A DNA stretch of 64,000 bases from contig NC_087251.1 of the NCBI RefSeq assembly GCF_037042905.1, positions 42,534,001 through 42,598,000 of the forward strand, in the 5' to 3' direction. The notes beneath the pieces are model-generated. The model made no database searches. It was given only the letters and a program-made list of their open reading frames with translations, and was not told the DNA's origin. Shown here piece by piece: positions 61,950 through 64,000 of this stretch. Source of the DNA: Lytechinus pictus. Its lineage: Eukaryota. Numbering within the stretch: the first letter of the stretch is position 1; every line of letters starts with the position of its first letter. The translations under genes and the position numbers were made by a program.

Positions 61950-64000
61950 TGTAAATTCAGAAGGTACAGTAGCATTTGCTAACATTGACATAATATGCCC
62001 ACAGAGTCGGTCAACATAAGCTCTACCTAAGAGTTGACTCAAGTGCAAGTACTAACACTATCACGGTACGTGCCGCCAAGGCAATATAAAGTTCAAAGTG
62101 GGAATCATTAGTGAAATAAACACCAGTAAAACTTGTAGGTTATGGTGAGATTCCAATTAAATGTAAAGGTACACTAGACATAAAATGTTACAGTCTAAAA
62201 ATGGTTAAAACAGACATTTTATGTAGCAGATGTCAAGGTTTCAGCTACCCTAGGGTTGTAAGGTTGCACTGACCTTGGAATTATCACAATTCACTCTATG
62301 CACAATTATGACACACCTACACCTAACCCCAAACAAACATCTATTACAAGTGATAAGGATCTCAAACAAGCATTTCCAGAGCAATTCGATGCTATTGGTG
62401 GTTTCAAAGGAAAAGCGATGCTTCATGTCAAGGACATCGCTAAACCTACCATAGACGCACCACGCAAGTGCAGCACACTTGAAGGACAAGATCAAGGCTG
62501 AACTGGACAAGATGGAGCAGCAAGAAGTCACCAGGAAAATCGACTACCACGCCGATTGGTGCATGACCATTGTTGTGAAGAAAGACGGTTCTATCAGAAT
62601 TTGTCTTGACCCAAGGAGGTTAACAACGCCTTGAAGAGATGCCCACACAAGGTATCAACCTTAGAGGAGGTCCAACTTACCTTTGAAGGACCGTACTTCT
62701 CCAAGTTAGACACAAAAAGGCTGGTTACTGGTCACTTCACCTGACTGAGGAATGCCAAGACCTCACCACATTCCGAACACCATCTGGAAGGTCCAAAGAT
62801 TACCATTTGGTTATGCAATAGCCAAGACATCTTCCAGCAGCACATGGATAGGATTGTCCAGAATGTGCCAGGCTGCACATGCATTGCAGATGACATAGCT
62901 ATTGTAGGGAGAACGGAGGAGGAACACGACAAGAATCTGTACTTGTTCAAGGAGACAGCAAAGCAAGAAGGCTTAGTGTTCAACAGCTCCAAGTGCACAA
63001 TCACGAAAGAAGCTTTCAACTTCTTTGGCTCCAAGTGCACTAGATCATATATCTACCCAGATCCTAGCAAGGTAGAAGCCAACACATTACCCAAGTACTA
63101 TTACCCAAGGACAAAGAGGATGTTCAGAAATGCCTAATATTGTTCAAATACCTAGCAGCATACATTCCTAATTTCTCGGAGAAGTCAGCACCACTTCGAT
63201 AACTTCTTCACAATGAAGTACCGTTCATCTGGGACGATGATCATGAACATTCCTTGAACAGCATGAAATGCGCAGTATCATCAGGTGCATGTATAAAATT
63301 CTATAACCCAGAGAAAGAGACAACTGTCGAGGTAGATGCATCAATAAAAGATCTAGGAGCATGCCTACTTCAGGAAGGTAACCTGTTGCGTTTGCATCCA
63401 AAGTCTTTCCACTGCACATTCCAACTACTCAAACATAGAGAGGGAAATCTTAGTCCTAGTGTTTGGTATCAAACGCTTCCATACATATCTGTTCGGGAAG
63501 GAATTCACAGTCATAACCAATCACAGACCACTGGAAATTATATGGAAAAATCCTCTTCGAAGTGCACCACCACATCTACAGCAATCTCTTATCAAAGTCC
63601 AAGGAAATAGGTGTCAAGTCAATTACCGACCTGGAAAAGACATGATTCTTTCCGATACGTTGAGTCGACTTTCTAATCCCAAGGAAGCATGCGATGTACC
63701 GCTAGATGTCAGAGTTAAATCCATCTGCTCTGAGGTCAAAGATTCGCATACTATGCGATCGACTTATTACTCTTCGGACAACACAAGAGGACAGAACTTC
63801 AGAGAGAAACGGCTAATGATCCAACTCTCAGATCATTATGGCAGGTAATTACTCAGGGTTGGCCTGAAACAATCCAAGAGTTACCGAAATCCATGAGGCA
63901 GTATTGGTCGTACAGAGATAACATCGGATTATCACATGGAGTTCTCTTCAAGGGAAGTCAAGTCATCGTACCGAAGTGCCTGAGGAATGATATCCTTAGA
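61950..64000 (+). mobile_element. decayed Gypsy/Ty3 LTR retrotransposon pol (protease-RT-RNase H-start of integrase), continues past window
   Basis: LRVDSSAS (protease-like), VVKKDGSIRICLDP, CIADDIAIVG, EVDASIKDLGACLLQ, NYSNIERE, ITNHRPL, YRPGKDMILSDTLSR; multiple frameshifts and stops. Confidence 0.9.

Overview
AT-rich, intron-containing, repeat-dense animal genomic DNA; the repeat families look sea-urchin-like (inference only). Two host genes lie head-to-head. BANF1 (barrier-to-autointegration factor, 91 aa, + strand) has coding exons 33681-33809 and 35409-35555. The second is a minus-strand spliced gene I reconstruct from three phase-compatible exons (15786-15666, 10020-9788, 9007-7754; 535 aa). 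It joins a ~118-aa N-terminal domain, possibly ubiquitin-like, to a CR1/L2-type LINE endonuclease with all catalytic motifs present and no reverse transcriptase, making it a candidate domesticated retrotransposon nuclease. Between the genes is a 9.6-kb Merlin DNA transposon (21416-31004, perfect 8-bp TSD GAGCTAGG) with an intact 321-aa DDE transposase, unusually long ~1.46-kb terminal inverted repeats and a 3x156-bp array upstream of the ORF. The remainder is nested transposon debris: hAT-, Kolobok-, Tc1/pogo-, Harbinger-, CACTA- and Helentron-type non-autonomous elements, CR1/L2/Tx1 LINE remnants, a tRNA-derived SINE, a 2.9-kb head-to-head palindrome and a decayed Gypsy pol at the right edge. 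All comparisons were made by eye; no searches were run.
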